A stretch of 64,000 bases of DNA from the NCBI GenBank assembly GCA_965261545.1, contig CBDHDF010000011.1:256001-320000 (forward strand), in the 5' to 3' direction. The position numbers and the translations under genes were made by a program. This document shows, in pieces, positions 1 to 9,936 of this stretch. This DNA is from Bdellovibrionales bacterium. GTDB lineage: Bacteria; Bdellovibrionota; Bdellovibrionia; Bdellovibrionales; UBA1609. The notes beneath the pieces are model-generated. The model did not search any database, was not told the DNA's origin, and saw nothing but the letters and a program-made list of their open reading frames with translations. Positions within the stretch are counted from its first letter, which is position 1. Every line of letters starts with the position of its first letter.

Positions 1-194
1 CATATAAGATAAGTGTTCTTATAGGCCCAAACAAACATCAACAAAAAAAGGCTTATAATGTTCATTATACCATTTCCTGTGAGAGTTTTCGACCTCTTCA
101 CAGCATGGTAACAACGCACATAAATGATAATAATGATTTTTCTAAGAGCATTAAAAACGTCCATAGGGCTTATGCCCCCTTTTGATTTACTCAT
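1..194 (-). CDS. N-terminus of a membrane protein running off the window edge; possibly the T4SS coupling protein (VirD4/TraD-like)
   Basis: Open frame MSKSKGGISPMDVFNALRKIIIIIYVRC...NIISLFLLMFVWAY overlaps the end of the virB10-like gene. Function inferred from position only. Confidence 0.45.
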   Translation of the reverse strand, partial: MSKSKGGISPMDVFNALRKIIIIIYVRCYHAVKRSKTLTGNGIMNIISLFLLMFVWAYKNTYLI

Positions 195-1449
195 AATTGT
201 TCCTTTCATTTTGATGGTTTTTATAATGATGATGGTTTGTTTTTTGCATTTTAAGAGTCTCTGTAAGACTCACAACAAGCTCTTTTCCGGGCTTCAGGGT
301 GATGTAAGGCCCTTGACCACTAGAAGTCTTTAGCTGCAAGTTACCTTCCTTTTTGACGAACCCTGAAACTCCTCCTAAAAAGGCATTTCTTAGGGTGGGC
401 TTTGTCGTAATGGTTTTTCCTTCACCGAGGGCTTCTTTTTCTTGGAGAACCTCACTGGCTCCAGAAACAAAACCCAAACCTAGAGTGGACCCCATTCGCC
501 TGACCAGCCCACTGTGGTAATGGCCCATAAGTCCTGAAGCAAAATCCTTGGCATCCAAGGCCATGGCTGAGATTTTTATCTCCCGTCCATTTGGAAGAAC
601 TCCCTTGTGGAACTGAATAAAGACCCTTGGCCCGTGTCCTGGATATGAGGGAGCGCCCCAAAGAACACTCCCCTGGGGGAGGCTCATATGCCCTTGAAGT
701 CTGCCCTCCAAGGGAAGCACCACACGAACTAAAATGTCGGATTGACGGGTGTCCACATGGGAAAGAAGCTTTCCGATGAAAAGAGTTCCTGAAGGCAAGG
801 TTTTGCTGTCACTGATATCTGGGCGGACAAAGACTTGCTGGGCCTTATACTTAATAGGAACTTTTTTTCTCTGTCTTCTCAAGACAGCCTTTTGGGGAAA
901 GGGAGAAGGGCCATCGCTAGCAAGATTTTTTCTCTGAAGCTCATTAAATTCATTGAGTTTAGCTATAGCGGAGCCTTCCCCTTCTTGGCTTGAGCCAAGG
1001 GGCTGAGGGTTTCCATTGAGGTTGCTCTCACCTATGATCTCTTCCAGAGAAACCGCTTCATAAAGACTACGATCCTCTCTTGACGAAGATAGCCAACTCA
1101 TAGTGAGTGAAACAAAAACAGAGAGCCACATCACCGAAAGAAAAGCTCTTGCCAGATTTATGGTCACTTTCTTTGGATATTGAGTGAACAAATAGCCTAG
1201 AACAAAAGAGGTACCATTTGAGATACTCTTTGAAAGACTATTTGAGATACTCCTTTGAATCCACCTTTTGCTTTTAAGAAAAAAAATTTTCTTGAATTTC
1301 AAAGATTTTAAAGACTTCAAAGATTTCTTGTCCTGCTTAGTTTTCTTAGAGTCTAATCTCTGAAATGACTTCTTCTTGCCTGAAAAAAGGAATCTAAAAA
1401 TAGAAAGAAAGAATCTAAAACTAAATATTTGATACTTCATTTGTACCAC
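187..1449 (-). CDS. VirB10/TrbI-like T4SS core protein
   Basis: TM segment, then a C-terminal beta domain (LPSGTLFIGKLL, LPQGSVLWG, RVFIQF, ALDAKDFASGLMG, YITLKPGK); T4SS operon context. Confidence 0.8.
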   Translation of the reverse strand: MVQMKYQIFSFRFFLSIFRFLFSGKKKSFQRLDSKKTKQDKKSLKSLKSLKFKKIFFLKSKRWIQRSISNSLSKSISNGTSFVLGYLFTQYPKKVTINLARAFLSVMWLSVFVSLTMSWLSSSREDRSLYEAVSLEEIIGESNLNGNPQPLGSSQEGEGSAIAKLNEFNELQRKNLASDGPSPFPQKAVLRRQRKKVPIKYKAQQVFVRPDISDSKTLPSGTLFIGKLLSHVDTRQSDILVRVVLPLEGRLQGHMSLPQGSVLWGAPSYPGHGPRVFIQFHKGVLPNGREIKISAMALDAKDFASGLMGHYHSGLVRRMGSTLGLGFVSGASEVLQEKEALGEGKTITTKPTLRNAFLGGVSGFVKKEGNLQLKTSSGQGPYITLKPGKELVVSLTETLKMQKTNHHHYKNHQNERNNYE

Positions 1450-1970
1450 CTCCTAAAGGTTGTGATTGGATCTAATGCTATGATTTGACTTGATGTTGTA
1501 ATCTGCCCTGGTGCAATAATTTTGATTTGACTTGATGTTGTGATCTGACCTGATTGATCTCCATGGGTCTTCATTGATCTCAAAGAGAGCTTCTTAGAAA
1601 ATCTTGTGGGACGTTTCCAATAAACTTTCACTAAGTCATCATAGACTTGGCACCTGCAAACTCTTAAAATAAAACCAAAGCGATGCTGGCCACTGTAGAT
1701 GAATAAATTGCTCGAAAGTTGAGACAAAGGCTGAATGGTCACGTCATTACCTGTAAATTTGATGCTAAAATAATTGCTGTTCCCGTTCACAGCCTTCTTG
1801 GGCCTATCAATGAAATGAAGAATGGTGGAATGCCCCATGGAAAGGGTGATTGTTTCCATCTTATTGTCATTCATTTCAACAACACGCACCCTAGAGTAAG
1901 ATAGAGTCGTAGCAAGAAAAACACTCAAAAAAATAAAAACTAACCAATAAATGCTCCTTTGAATATTCAT
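1437..1970 (-). CDS. VirB9/TrbG-like secreted T4SS protein
   Basis: Signal peptide and ITLSMGHSTILHFIDRP-type N-domain; lies between virB8-like and virB10-like genes. Confidence 0.6.
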   Translation of the reverse strand: MNIQRSIYWLVFIFLSVFLATTLSYSRVRVVEMNDNKMETITLSMGHSTILHFIDRPKKAVNGNSNYFSIKFTGNDVTIQPLSQLSSNLFIYSGQHRFGFILRVCRCQVYDDLVKVYWKRPTRFSKKLSLRSMKTHGDQSGQITTSSQIKIIAPGQITTSSQIIALDPITTFRRWYK

Positions 1971-2563
1971 TATTTATTAAACTCCTTAATGGCACTGATA
2001 TAAATGCCTTTTGGGTTCCACTTGTTGGGTTTATCTCTCATTAATTCAAGATGGATTTTTAAAGGCTGAACCGATTTGACCCTCTTGCCCAATGAAATAA
2101 CACGGTCTATTTCCACATGAACATATCCGTCCTTGGCTTCTATGTTTTGAATCACTACATCTTGAGAAATAGAGTTTTTCTTTATAAATTCTTTGGAATC
2201 CTTTATTTGTTGAAGCACCTTTTTTAGTAAACTATAAGACGCATAGGGGCTTATGTTTCGCATGATGTTTTCCATATTGTAGGACTTCCATTGATAACGC
2301 TCTAAAACAAATCTCTTGGCTGCCTTTTTAAGGTCGGATTCTTGAAGTTCCACCTCCTTTCTTTCTCCGACAAAATAAAAACTTTCTGACTCTGTGAGAG
2401 CAATCACTAGATTTTTCTGATTCATTAAATAAATCATAGTTCCCACAAGAAGCACATTGGACAGAATGAGCCCAAGAGATATTGTTCTTAAATTCCTAAT
2501 AATAAGACTGGCCTTGATCCAATGATTGCAAGGGCCTAAACGCTTTGATTTCATGTTCATCAT
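1970..2563 (-). CDS. VirB8/TrbF/TraK-like protein
   Basis: Single N-terminal TM, FVLERY helix, C-terminal NPKGIYI motif (NPxGxYI of the VirB8 family). Confidence 0.75.
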   Translation of the reverse strand: MMNMKSKRLGPCNHWIKASLIIRNLRTISLGLILSNVLLVGTMIYLMNQKNLVIALTESESFYFVGERKEVELQESDLKKAAKRFVLERYQWKSYNMENIMRNISPYASYSLLKKVLQQIKDSKEFIKKNSISQDVVIQNIEAKDGYVHVEIDRVISLGKRVKSVQPLKIHLELMRDKPNKWNPKGIYISAIKEFNK

Positions 2564-3684
2564 TTTTTATCACCTCCTTGAGGGCTTTCTCCCCCTGGTT
2601 TGTTAAAATCTTCTTTTTGTCTCTTCATGCTTTGGCTCCCATAGCGACTCTGAAAATAACTTTTGGAATGGCCCTCGGAGTGGTCTCGGAAGTGGCCTTG
2701 AAAATGACTCTGGGAAGGATCTTGAAAATGACCTTGGGAATGACTCTGAGAACGACTCCGAGAATAGTTTTTGGGTTGAGATTGAGTCCATTCACTGAGC
2801 TTCTTAAAACCTCTTGATTGAGCAAAATTCCCAAAATTTTTGAGGTTTCTTGCTGTGATCTTGACTCCATGACTTGCCACTTGTTTCCCTTTTTGGGATG
2901 AGAGGGTCGCAGCCTTTTTTATATGCCCTGTAATGATTTTTTGAGAAGCAATGGCTGGAATGGCCGCCAAGCCTCCTGCAAAAGTTGCAAAATCAGAGGA
3001 TAAAAAAGCCTTGGTTGTGATCGGAACGACAAGCATACTTGTACCAATGAAAAGATTGATGACAATGAGAAGTATGGCATTGTAGTCATCTCCTTGGGTA
3101 ATGGGAGCATGGGCTGTAAGCTTCAAAAGAATGACTCCAAGAGCCGTCCAAGTGATTTTCCAGACCATAACAATGCATAGACTTCGGTAAAGCCCCTTGG
3201 TGATCTGTGAGGTGGCCTCGGAGATATAGGCAAGTATCATCAAAGGGGACATGACAAATAAAATTCCCCAACAAAAATGCACCAAGGCATCAGCAATAAA
3301 AGCCCCCAAGTAGGCAAAAATAAAAGAAAGGAGGCTTAAAACCCAAATAAGGGTTTCTTTAAATTGATGCCAACTAAGCTCCATATCTTTGACAAACTTC
3401 CACATCTCGCTAAGCACCTCATTGATATGAGGCGTGGGGCTGATATGAGTGACAATGCCGTCACCAATCAGAGATATCATGCGAAAGACCTCATCAAAAC
3501 TCATAAGCAATATGATGGATAAAGCCGCTCTTTTGATAATGCCAAGGGCATTGGGTTCACGCTCTGGCAACTTAAAAAATTCTAAAATAATCAGCAAAAG
3601 AGTGAGGGGCACAATAGATATCCAATAGATTTCTATCATGTTAGACCGGATCTCTTTACAAACCTCTGGTAGCCACTCGTACAT
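2560..3684 (-). CDS. VirB6/TrbL-like polytopic membrane protein with a repetitive C-terminal tail
   Basis: Multiple TM helices, VMSPLMILAYI segment, operon position. Confidence 0.7.
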   Translation of the reverse strand: MYEWLPEVCKEIRSNMIEIYWISIVPLTLLLIILEFFKLPEREPNALGIIKRAALSIILLMSFDEVFRMISLIGDGIVTHISPTPHINEVLSEMWKFVKDMELSWHQFKETLIWVLSLLSFIFAYLGAFIADALVHFCWGILFVMSPLMILAYISEATSQITKGLYRSLCIVMVWKITWTALGVILLKLTAHAPITQGDDYNAILLIVINLFIGTSMLVVPITTKAFLSSDFATFAGGLAAIPAIASQKIITGHIKKAATLSSQKGKQVASHGVKITARNLKNFGNFAQSRGFKKLSEWTQSQPKNYSRSRSQSHSQGHFQDPSQSHFQGHFRDHSEGHSKSYFQSRYGSQSMKRQKEDFNKPGGESPQGGDKK

Positions 3685-4553
3685 TAAAACACCGGAGGAG
3701 TTGCAAAAGTTGCTTCAAAGGTGTTCAAACTATGGCCCAAGTCACGGGTCACTTTCTTAAAATGATGGTTGGACTCCTTGGCCGCCTTGTTGGACAATGC
3801 CAAGGATTCACTTTGAAGTTTTAGCATTTGACCATTGATCTTTAAAATCTGACTGAGAATATGAAGAATGGCTGCCTGCCCCTCAAGGTTTGTGCGAGCC
3901 GCACCTTTAAGGCCCATATGAGGGGCACTTGCTGCCATACGCCTTGAGTTCTGTTCCTGCGAATGGGCGTAGGAATTTATGGAGCTTACCATTTTAATAC
4001 TCTCTGCCACTGTCTCATCGTGAAGCCTTAACAATAGCTCTTCTTTCCCACGGGGGATTTGACCATAAAGGCGTTCAACCTCATCCATGGCCCCTTTAAA
4101 TGATTTCAAGTCTCCAAGGATTTTCCCACCTTCAATGGGAAAGCTTTCTAAAAGGCCCATGGCCTCATTAAGACCCATATTGATAGACTCGATCATATCC
4201 TTATGTTCCTTGGCATTTTCATAAATTACTTTCATTTGTTCGTATTGTTTGACGGACTGAGAAAGAATCTTAATGAGGTAAGGGGTTGTCATGGCTCCAT
4301 CAATACCTAAAAGCGCATGGCTTTTGTGGGGAGTGAAAGTGACAACAGTCCCTACAAACAGTAAGAATCCTAGGGCGAACAACAGGCGAGAAAATAATGG
4401 GTTCAAGGTGAACAACAGGCGAGGGAATAGCAGGCTTAGGGGGAACAATAGGCGATGAAATAACAGACTTAGAGCGAGTAACAAGTTTGGTGTGACAGAC
4501 TTACATATAAATTCACATAGAAACGCATAGAAAGGAATTTTAATTTTTTTCAA
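3684..4553 (-). CDS. VirB5/TrbJ-like exported helical protein
   Basis: Signal-like SHA cleavage site, helical body, located between virB4 and virB6 homologs. Confidence 0.5.
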   Translation of the reverse strand: MKKIKIPFYAFLCEFICKSVTPNLLLALSLLFHRLLFPLSLLFPRLLFTLNPLFSRLLFALGFLLFVGTVVTFTPHKSHALLGIDGAMTTPYLIKILSQSVKQYEQMKVIYENAKEHKDMIESINMGLNEAMGLLESFPIEGGKILGDLKSFKGAMDEVERLYGQIPRGKEELLLRLHDETVAESIKMVSSINSYAHSQEQNSRRMAASAPHMGLKGAARTNLEGQAAILHILSQILKINGQMLKLQSESLALSNKAAKESNHHFKKVTRDLGHSLNTFEATFATPPVF

Positions 4554-5749
4554 CTTTGCCCTCCTTGGGTTATCTTATGGCTTACAATTTCTTCCAAGAC
4601 CTCCAAATAACTGTGGTCTGGGAATTTCTCTTTAAATTGATGAATAATGGCCTTGTCCTTGGGGTCCGTGGTGCAAATCCAATAGGACAAGGGATCAGGT
4701 TCAATCTTGAGGATGGACTCTTTGTCATCTTGAATATAAAGACATTCTGAAAAGCCTCCCTTCTGTGAACGCAGAGATTTGACAACCTCAATCTCTGTTT
4801 CATTGAGTGAGAGAATTTCTTGAAATTCCTTCCAGTCCACCCCACGCTGCTTTAAAATGATTCGACTGGGTGTGTTTTGCATAATGGCGGCGGCCACCTC
4901 TGGATCAAACATAAAATCTTTAATGGATTGAGTGATTCCCCAAATTCCACCATAGAACTTCCTCATAGTGCGGTAGCACTCAATGACAAATTGGGCGGCA
5001 CTCTCGTTTTGTAAGAGCTTCCAAATCTCATCCACAATGAGAAGGTATCTCTGGGAGGGATTTTTAGACGCCTCATTCATAATATACTCAGTTAAAATGA
5101 GTAAAAGGACTCGCTGAAGATCGGGGTAAACATCAAGCCCCTTCACTTCAATGGCCACAAGGGGTTTTGTGAGTTCAATATTGGTGGGACCATCAAGAAG
5201 CTTTCCGTAGGCACTGGCCCCTGTCCAAGAATACAAAATATCAGCGTACCTTCTCATTTCAACAAGGGGGTGGTTCTTCAATATCTTGAGAAGATCGGTC
5301 ATTGTGGGAGACCCACAAGGTGACGCACAAGAAGATCCACGGGAGGGAACGCAGGAGGAAGTACTGAAAAAGGGAATGTTGAAAAATTGAGTGTAGGTTT
5401 CAGAAATGGCTTGTTCCAAAAGAGCTTTTTCTCTTTTGGGTAACCCCTTTGAATCATCTTCTTTGCAGATGGATTCAATAACTCCTAAAAGGAGTTTTTT
5501 CTTAGTGGGGGAAGCTTCCATCTCTCCCCGGCCCAATTGAAAGGCGTTCAGGACAATGCCACTTTCAAGATTCAAGTCAATGAATTGCCCCCCCAGTGAG
5601 TCCACAAGTCCACGGGAAGAAGCCCCATTGTCTATCCAAACCACCTTGGAAAGTCCAAGGTGGTTTTTTGTCTTCGCCTTCTTCATATTCTTCATATTTG
5701 ATTTCCTATTCATGTCTGGTTTCCTGCTTATGTTTGATTCCCTATTCAT
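4550..5749 (-). CDS. virB4: VirB4/TraC ATPase, C-terminal part (split from the N-terminal part)
   Basis: VVWIDNGAS, Walker B LLIVDEIW, RKFYGGIWGITQS, LSYWICTTDPKD. Confidence 0.85.
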   Translation of the reverse strand: MNRESNISRKPDMNRKSNMKNMKKAKTKNHLGLSKVVWIDNGASSRGLVDSLGGQFIDLNLESGIVLNAFQLGRGEMEASPTKKKLLLGVIESICKEDDSKGLPKREKALLEQAISETYTQFFNIPFFSTSSCVPSRGSSCASPCGSPTMTDLLKILKNHPLVEMRRYADILYSWTGASAYGKLLDGPTNIELTKPLVAIEVKGLDVYPDLQRVLLLILTEYIMNEASKNPSQRYLLIVDEIWKLLQNESAAQFVIECYRTMRKFYGGIWGITQSIKDFMFDPEVAAAIMQNTPSRIILKQRGVDWKEFQEILSLNETEIEVVKSLRSQKGGFSECLYIQDDKESILKIEPDPLSYWICTTDPKDKAIIHQFKEKFPDHSYLEVLEEIVSHKITQGGQS

Positions 5750-7149
5750 GTTTGATCTCCTATAAACATTAAAATAAGTTGGCTTATGGTGAAGGATTTC
5801 CCACTCCCACTGGAACCAATGACAAACCCATTCCAGTTGGGCAGTTCTGGCGCAAAAGGGTCGATGGACACCAAAACATGATCCCGGTTAGTGACAAGGC
5901 ATGTGGGCTTGTTGTTTCCCCTCCAGAATGAAAAAACAGGCAGCAAGTGAGAGAGGTTGGAAGATTTCATTTTCTTAGGACGGTTGGTTTGGCAAAGGCC
6001 CGGAGTCGTCTTTAAGAAAGTATCCAGTGTTGCGAAGGTTTCCACCAAACCCTCGGAGTGATTAAGGCTTTTAAAGGTTCTTAAGACTTCATCGCATTTC
6101 TCATCAAGTTCTCTTGTGGTTTTTCCCCAAATAATGACATTCAGGTCAGCCTCAACCACTTTTTCAGAGCTATCAATAATATCAGACAAAAGACCCTCAA
6201 TTTGGCCAAGCTTTGATTCGCTCTCAAGGTCTTGAACGTGATTGCGCTCACTGCTTGCCATGGAGTGGACAATTCTCCTTTTAAGTTGAAGGACGTTGTA
6301 CTCCCTCGTCTGGTCACAAACTTTAACCACCTGGCTGATCCAGCAATGAAAGGGTAAGGCCAAGAGTTCACGAATGAGCCCCGAATAAGTTTCATCGGGA
6401 AGAGTTCTTAAACTCACGGCTCTAAACTTGTAGCTTCCCACCATCACGTCATGAGAGCTTAGGTGGATATCACTAAGCAAAAACTGTGAGAGCAGGGAGC
6501 TTGGTGAAAAAGCCCTAGGACCTTTGAGTTCTGGAACCCTATGGACTTCGGACCTTGATAGGTTGAAATGTTCATACAGAAGCTCAAACCATTCCTTAGA
6601 TGACAAACGACTCTTGAAGAGTTGCCCATCCTTAAGAGAAGATTCCAAGTGGCTCACCGTTCTTTCAAATCGTTCCACATGGGTTTCAAAGTCCTTGGCT
6701 TGAGCCTTTGTGAAGGGTTTTGTTTTTTGAAAAATCCCCTGCTTCCTAAAGGCAAAGGGAAGACCCTTGAGAAAGCAATAGATTTCAGGTTCAAAGAAAT
6801 AACCCATTTCACGATGACTCTTAAGATGAGAAGTTCGCCCCTCCATGATCTTGCGATAGCCCTCAAGAGGACAATTTCTTGATAAAGAAAGATGCTCCTC
6901 AACAAGGGAGTCCACCTTGGGGGTGAGCTTATAAAGAATCTGCAAAGAGGTTCCCGTTCCAAGACCTGTGATAAGGTTTTCAAGTTTTCTTGTAAACTGG
7001 TTGATCTCATCTGCGGTGGCACAGGAAACATCTTTTCCCTTAATCTTAAAGCCGCAACCCAAGGAACCATCTCCAAAAACCATATAATTTCCAAAGAAAT
7101 GCCATAGATTTAAAAAATCACCGATGTTCTGAGGAACTAACAATTTCAT
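5746..7149 (-). CDS. virB4: VirB4/TraC ATPase, N-terminal part ending just after Walker A
   Basis: Start MKLLVPQ after an AAGGAGG RBS; LPNWNGFVIGSSGSGKSF Walker A; stop 13 codons later. Confidence 0.85.
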   Translation of the reverse strand: MKLLVPQNIGDFLNLWHFFGNYMVFGDGSLGCGFKIKGKDVSCATADEINQFTRKLENLITGLGTGTSLQILYKLTPKVDSLVEEHLSLSRNCPLEGYRKIMEGRTSHLKSHREMGYFFEPEIYCFLKGLPFAFRKQGIFQKTKPFTKAQAKDFETHVERFERTVSHLESSLKDGQLFKSRLSSKEWFELLYEHFNLSRSEVHRVPELKGPRAFSPSSLLSQFLLSDIHLSSHDVMVGSYKFRAVSLRTLPDETYSGLIRELLALPFHCWISQVVKVCDQTREYNVLQLKRRIVHSMASSERNHVQDLESESKLGQIEGLLSDIIDSSEKVVEADLNVIIWGKTTRELDEKCDEVLRTFKSLNHSEGLVETFATLDTFLKTTPGLCQTNRPKKMKSSNLSHLLPVFSFWRGNNKPTCLVTNRDHVLVSIDPFAPELPNWNGFVIGSSGSGKSFTISQLILMFIGDQT

Positions 7150-7537
7150 GCCTCCTTTCTTCTTCAAAGCTAAGCTCATCTCCCACACAAAAAATGCCTG
7201 GGAGTACGGAGAATTTGATAAAGTCTTGAATATAACGCTCAGGCTTTCCCCTCTTGCCAAAATAAATTCCAAGTGCTAAAAGGGCCGGGAGCCCAAAAAC
7301 AAGGGCTCCCGTAAACAGGTTTAAGTTTTGGCTATAAAGGCTTTGACTATAAGCTTGGTCGTAAACATGGCTATATGCCTGACCATAAGTTTGACCATGA
7401 ACCTGACCATAAATCTGGCCAAAAATAAGATTCATCACAGATGCAAAAGCTCCCACAGCAATCACATCAAAAAGCTCCATGCCCAAAATCTTGATCTTTG
7501 AATCAAGGTTTCTATGAACAACAGACCGATCTATCAA
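7118..7537 (-). CDS. VirB3-like small membrane protein
   Basis: VHRNLDSKIKILGMELFD, two TM segments, KRGKPERYI; probable TTG start overlapping the pilin stop. Confidence 0.65.
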   Translation of the reverse strand: MIDRSVVHRNLDSKIKILGMELFDVIAVGAFASVMNLIFGQIYGQVHGQTYGQAYSHVYDQAYSQSLYSQNLNLFTGALVFGLPALLALGIYFGKRGKPERYIQDFIKFSVLPGIFCVGDELSFEEERRHEIVSSSEHR

Positions 7538-7857
7538 TTGAGGACCCCTTGGAGCCACCCAATAATGTAGGGAGCTAAAAAACCCACCCCACTGCCGATC
7601 AGACAAAACCAAATCTTTGACTTGGCTCCTTCATTGCCAATGGCGGCAAGAATCCCAGCCATGACTAAACCCAGAACACTCATCACGGGGAGAATGAAGG
7701 ATGACAATTTGTGTTGTAGATGAGTCATTTTATTTTCAAAACCTGACTTCAAGACCACAGCAAGGGCTTCACTTTGATAGAAGAAAGAAAAAAGCACCAA
7801 AAGGCTTAAAAGAAATATAATGACGGTTATTTGCTTCATCTCAGTTGTTTTCTTCAT
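7534..7857 (-). CDS. VirB2/TrbC-like pilin
   Basis: 107 aa, signal peptide (ALA), two hydrophobic helices, immediately upstream of virB3/virB4. Confidence 0.75.
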   Translation of the reverse strand: MKKTTEMKQITVIIFLLSLLVLFSFFYQSEALAVVLKSGFENKMTHLQHKLSSFILPVMSVLGLVMAGILAAIGNEGAKSKIWFCLIGSGVGFLAPYIIGWLQGVLN

Positions 7858-7858
7858 T

Positions 7859-8296
7859 TTAGTTGGCCTCCTTCATAGGTTGATTAAATTGATTTGAATG
7901 ATTTAAAGAGTTTTTGGATTCGTCCCTTAAGCTCACCACAAGCTGTTTGAAGAATGGGGCGGGTTGCATGATAATCTCATGGGTGGAGGGGTCTAAAAAC
8001 CCCTCCCCTTGAGTAAAAATTTTTGTTCTTCCTCCTCTTTCTTTCATGGGTTTCATGGAGATGAGTCGGTAGCGACATGGCCTGCCAGCCTCACCTCCCA
8101 TGGGTTTTACAAAGTAATGGTTGTCTGGAAAGAAATTGAGAATGAGGCGGTAGTCACCATTTTTCTCATTGTAGTAGGCAACACCTGCCATTTCTCTGGA
8201 ATTTGTGTGGGGGCAATGCCACCACACATAAAACCTTTCATTGGCCTTGTTCTTATCATTGGAGTCGTTGGCATCGTTCTTAGGAAGTCTATTCAT
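7859..8296 (-). CDS. Hypothetical protein (start re-called at MNRLPKND)
   Basis: Coupled ORF in the operon; beta-rich and aromatic; no family recognised. Confidence 0.55.
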   Translation of the reverse strand: MNRLPKNDANDSNDKNKANERFYVWWHCPHTNSREMAGVAYYNEKNGDYRLILNFFPDNHYFVKPMGGEAGRPCRYRLISMKPMKERGGRTKIFTQGEGFLDPSTHEIIMQPAPFFKQLVVSLRDESKNSLNHSNQFNQPMKEAN

Positions 8297-9476
8297 GGTG
8301 AACCGCCTTTTCATTCTGATTTGCCACTTTACCCTTAGGGTCTGTGGCCTTTTTCTTACCGCTTTCCATCTTCTCACTATGGTCTGCCGCCTCCTCCCTA
8401 TGGCCTGCACCCTTCTTATTCTGATCTTCCTCCTTCTCCTCGATGAGTTGCCAATTAAGAATCTCTAGGCTTACATTAAATTCTCTTGTGACTTCATGGA
8501 GCATGGTCGTTGATGAATCGGATTTTCCAATGCTAAAATCTTTTTCTGCCTTTCTAGGGCAATAGCTATAGTCCTGAAAACCCACCTTCACCTCACCCTT
8601 GGATTCAACTATGGGCTTGATGTAAAGTTCATTGATTCCATCAGAGAGCATATCTTCATTGATTTGAAGGGAGGCATAGAGGTATGGGTCATTGAAACCT
8701 TTGAAGTATTTTATTTCCTCAAAGTTATACTCCTTATCTCCAATTCTTAGAACCAAGTCGATGGATTTTGAATCCTTATCAAAAGGAATGGGTGATTCAT
8801 TCTTTCCAAGATAGTCTCGGTGAGAAACCACACACTTTCCCTTTTCCTCTATGTATCCACACCTTTTTGAGATGTTAGACTTTGAAGGGTCTTCACAAAA
8901 ATGATTCTTCCAAGATGCTTCAACAGAGACATCATAGATGCTCGAGAACCGACTCTCTTTTCGCACACCACTTCTCACTTTGACTTCGACCATATCACCG
9001 GCTTTCACACGGCTGACCCAAAGCTCCTTATCAACTCTTTGGTCTCTAAGGATCACATCCATCATTCGTCTAAAGCGAGGAGGAGATACCTTTTTCTTAT
9101 TTTCAGGTACTGGCTCTTTAACATTGTCGGATTCCTGAGTAGGTCCTTCCTCTTTGTTTGTGGTGTCATTCAGATTATTGATGTCTTCCATGGCCTTTAT
9201 GGAATCTATGGCATCTCGACACCCATGACGTCCTTTTTTGCCTTCTGCCACCTCTGTAGGATCCATTAAAAGATCGTTCCTAAAATATTTCATCTTCTCG
9301 TCTTCTAGTCCTCTGAAAATGATGCAAGGAGTGCCTTCTGACTCTTCATCCAAACCACCACACGCAGACAAAACCATTGGCAAGGTAATAAGACCTAAAA
9401 AAGCTATTCTTTTAAAAATTCTTACTTCATTCTTCTTACAAAAAAATTGGCAGATATTATTTTTTCTTTTATTCAT
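8289..9476 (-). CDS. Putative lipoprotein
   Basis: Lipobox VLSAC after a hydrophobic stretch; Cys-containing body. Confidence 0.65.
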   Translation of the reverse strand: MNKRKNNICQFFCKKNEVRIFKRIAFLGLITLPMVLSACGGLDEESEGTPCIIFRGLEDEKMKYFRNDLLMDPTEVAEGKKGRHGCRDAIDSIKAMEDINNLNDTTNKEEGPTQESDNVKEPVPENKKKVSPPRFRRMMDVILRDQRVDKELWVSRVKAGDMVEVKVRSGVRKESRFSSIYDVSVEASWKNHFCEDPSKSNISKRCGYIEEKGKCVVSHRDYLGKNESPIPFDKDSKSIDLVLRIGDKEYNFEEIKYFKGFNDPYLYASLQINEDMLSDGINELYIKPIVESKGEVKVGFQDYSYCPRKAEKDFSIGKSDSSTTMLHEVTREFNVSLEILNWQLIEEKEEDQNKKGAGHREEAADHSEKMESGKKKATDPKGKVANQNEKAVHHE

Positions 9477-9682
9477 GACTGTAATTCTCCTAAAGGTTGG
9501 ATTTTTATTTTTTTTAGTTTTTTTAATTTTATTAATCTTCTTAATTTTTCTTTAACTTGTTTGCGATATTTCTTATCGTAGAATTTATTATTCTTCTGCA
9601 TATCACATCTTCTACTAATGACTTCCAAATCATTTATTTCTTTACCTTTCTTAAACGCACCTAAATTTCGTAGTTTCGACAT
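9473..9682 (-). CDS. Small basic hypothetical protein
   Basis: Lys-rich 69 aa ORF; ATGA overlap with the next gene. Confidence 0.45.
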   Translation of the reverse strand: MSKLRNLGAFKKGKEINDLEVISRRCDMQKNNKFYDKKYRKQVKEKLRRLIKLKKLKKIKIQPLGELQS

Positions 9683-9686
9683 TACA

Positions 9687-9899
9687 TTAACTCTCCACCA
9701 CTATGATTGATTTGATCAGATTGAAGGTATCTACAAGATCAAGTGTTTTTTCGTTTCTCTCTTGTATTTCATCAATCGCATCAAAAATCTCCATTGTTTC
9801 CAAACTATAAAGACCACATGATGGGCACTTGTACGGAAAGTTAAATTCAACATAAAAAGCCTCATCACAACGCAAACAACTTTTCATTCTATATCTCAA
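9687..9899 (-). CDS. Small zinc-ribbon protein
   Basis: CLRC...CPSC; GGAGGTG RBS upstream. Confidence 0.6.
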   Translation of the reverse strand: MRYRMKSCLRCDEAFYVEFNFPYKCPSCGLYSLETMEIFDAIDEIQERNEKTLDLVDTFNLIKSIIVVES

Positions 9900-9936
9900 A
9901 AATTTATCACCTCCATTTCAAATAAATTCTTTTTTA

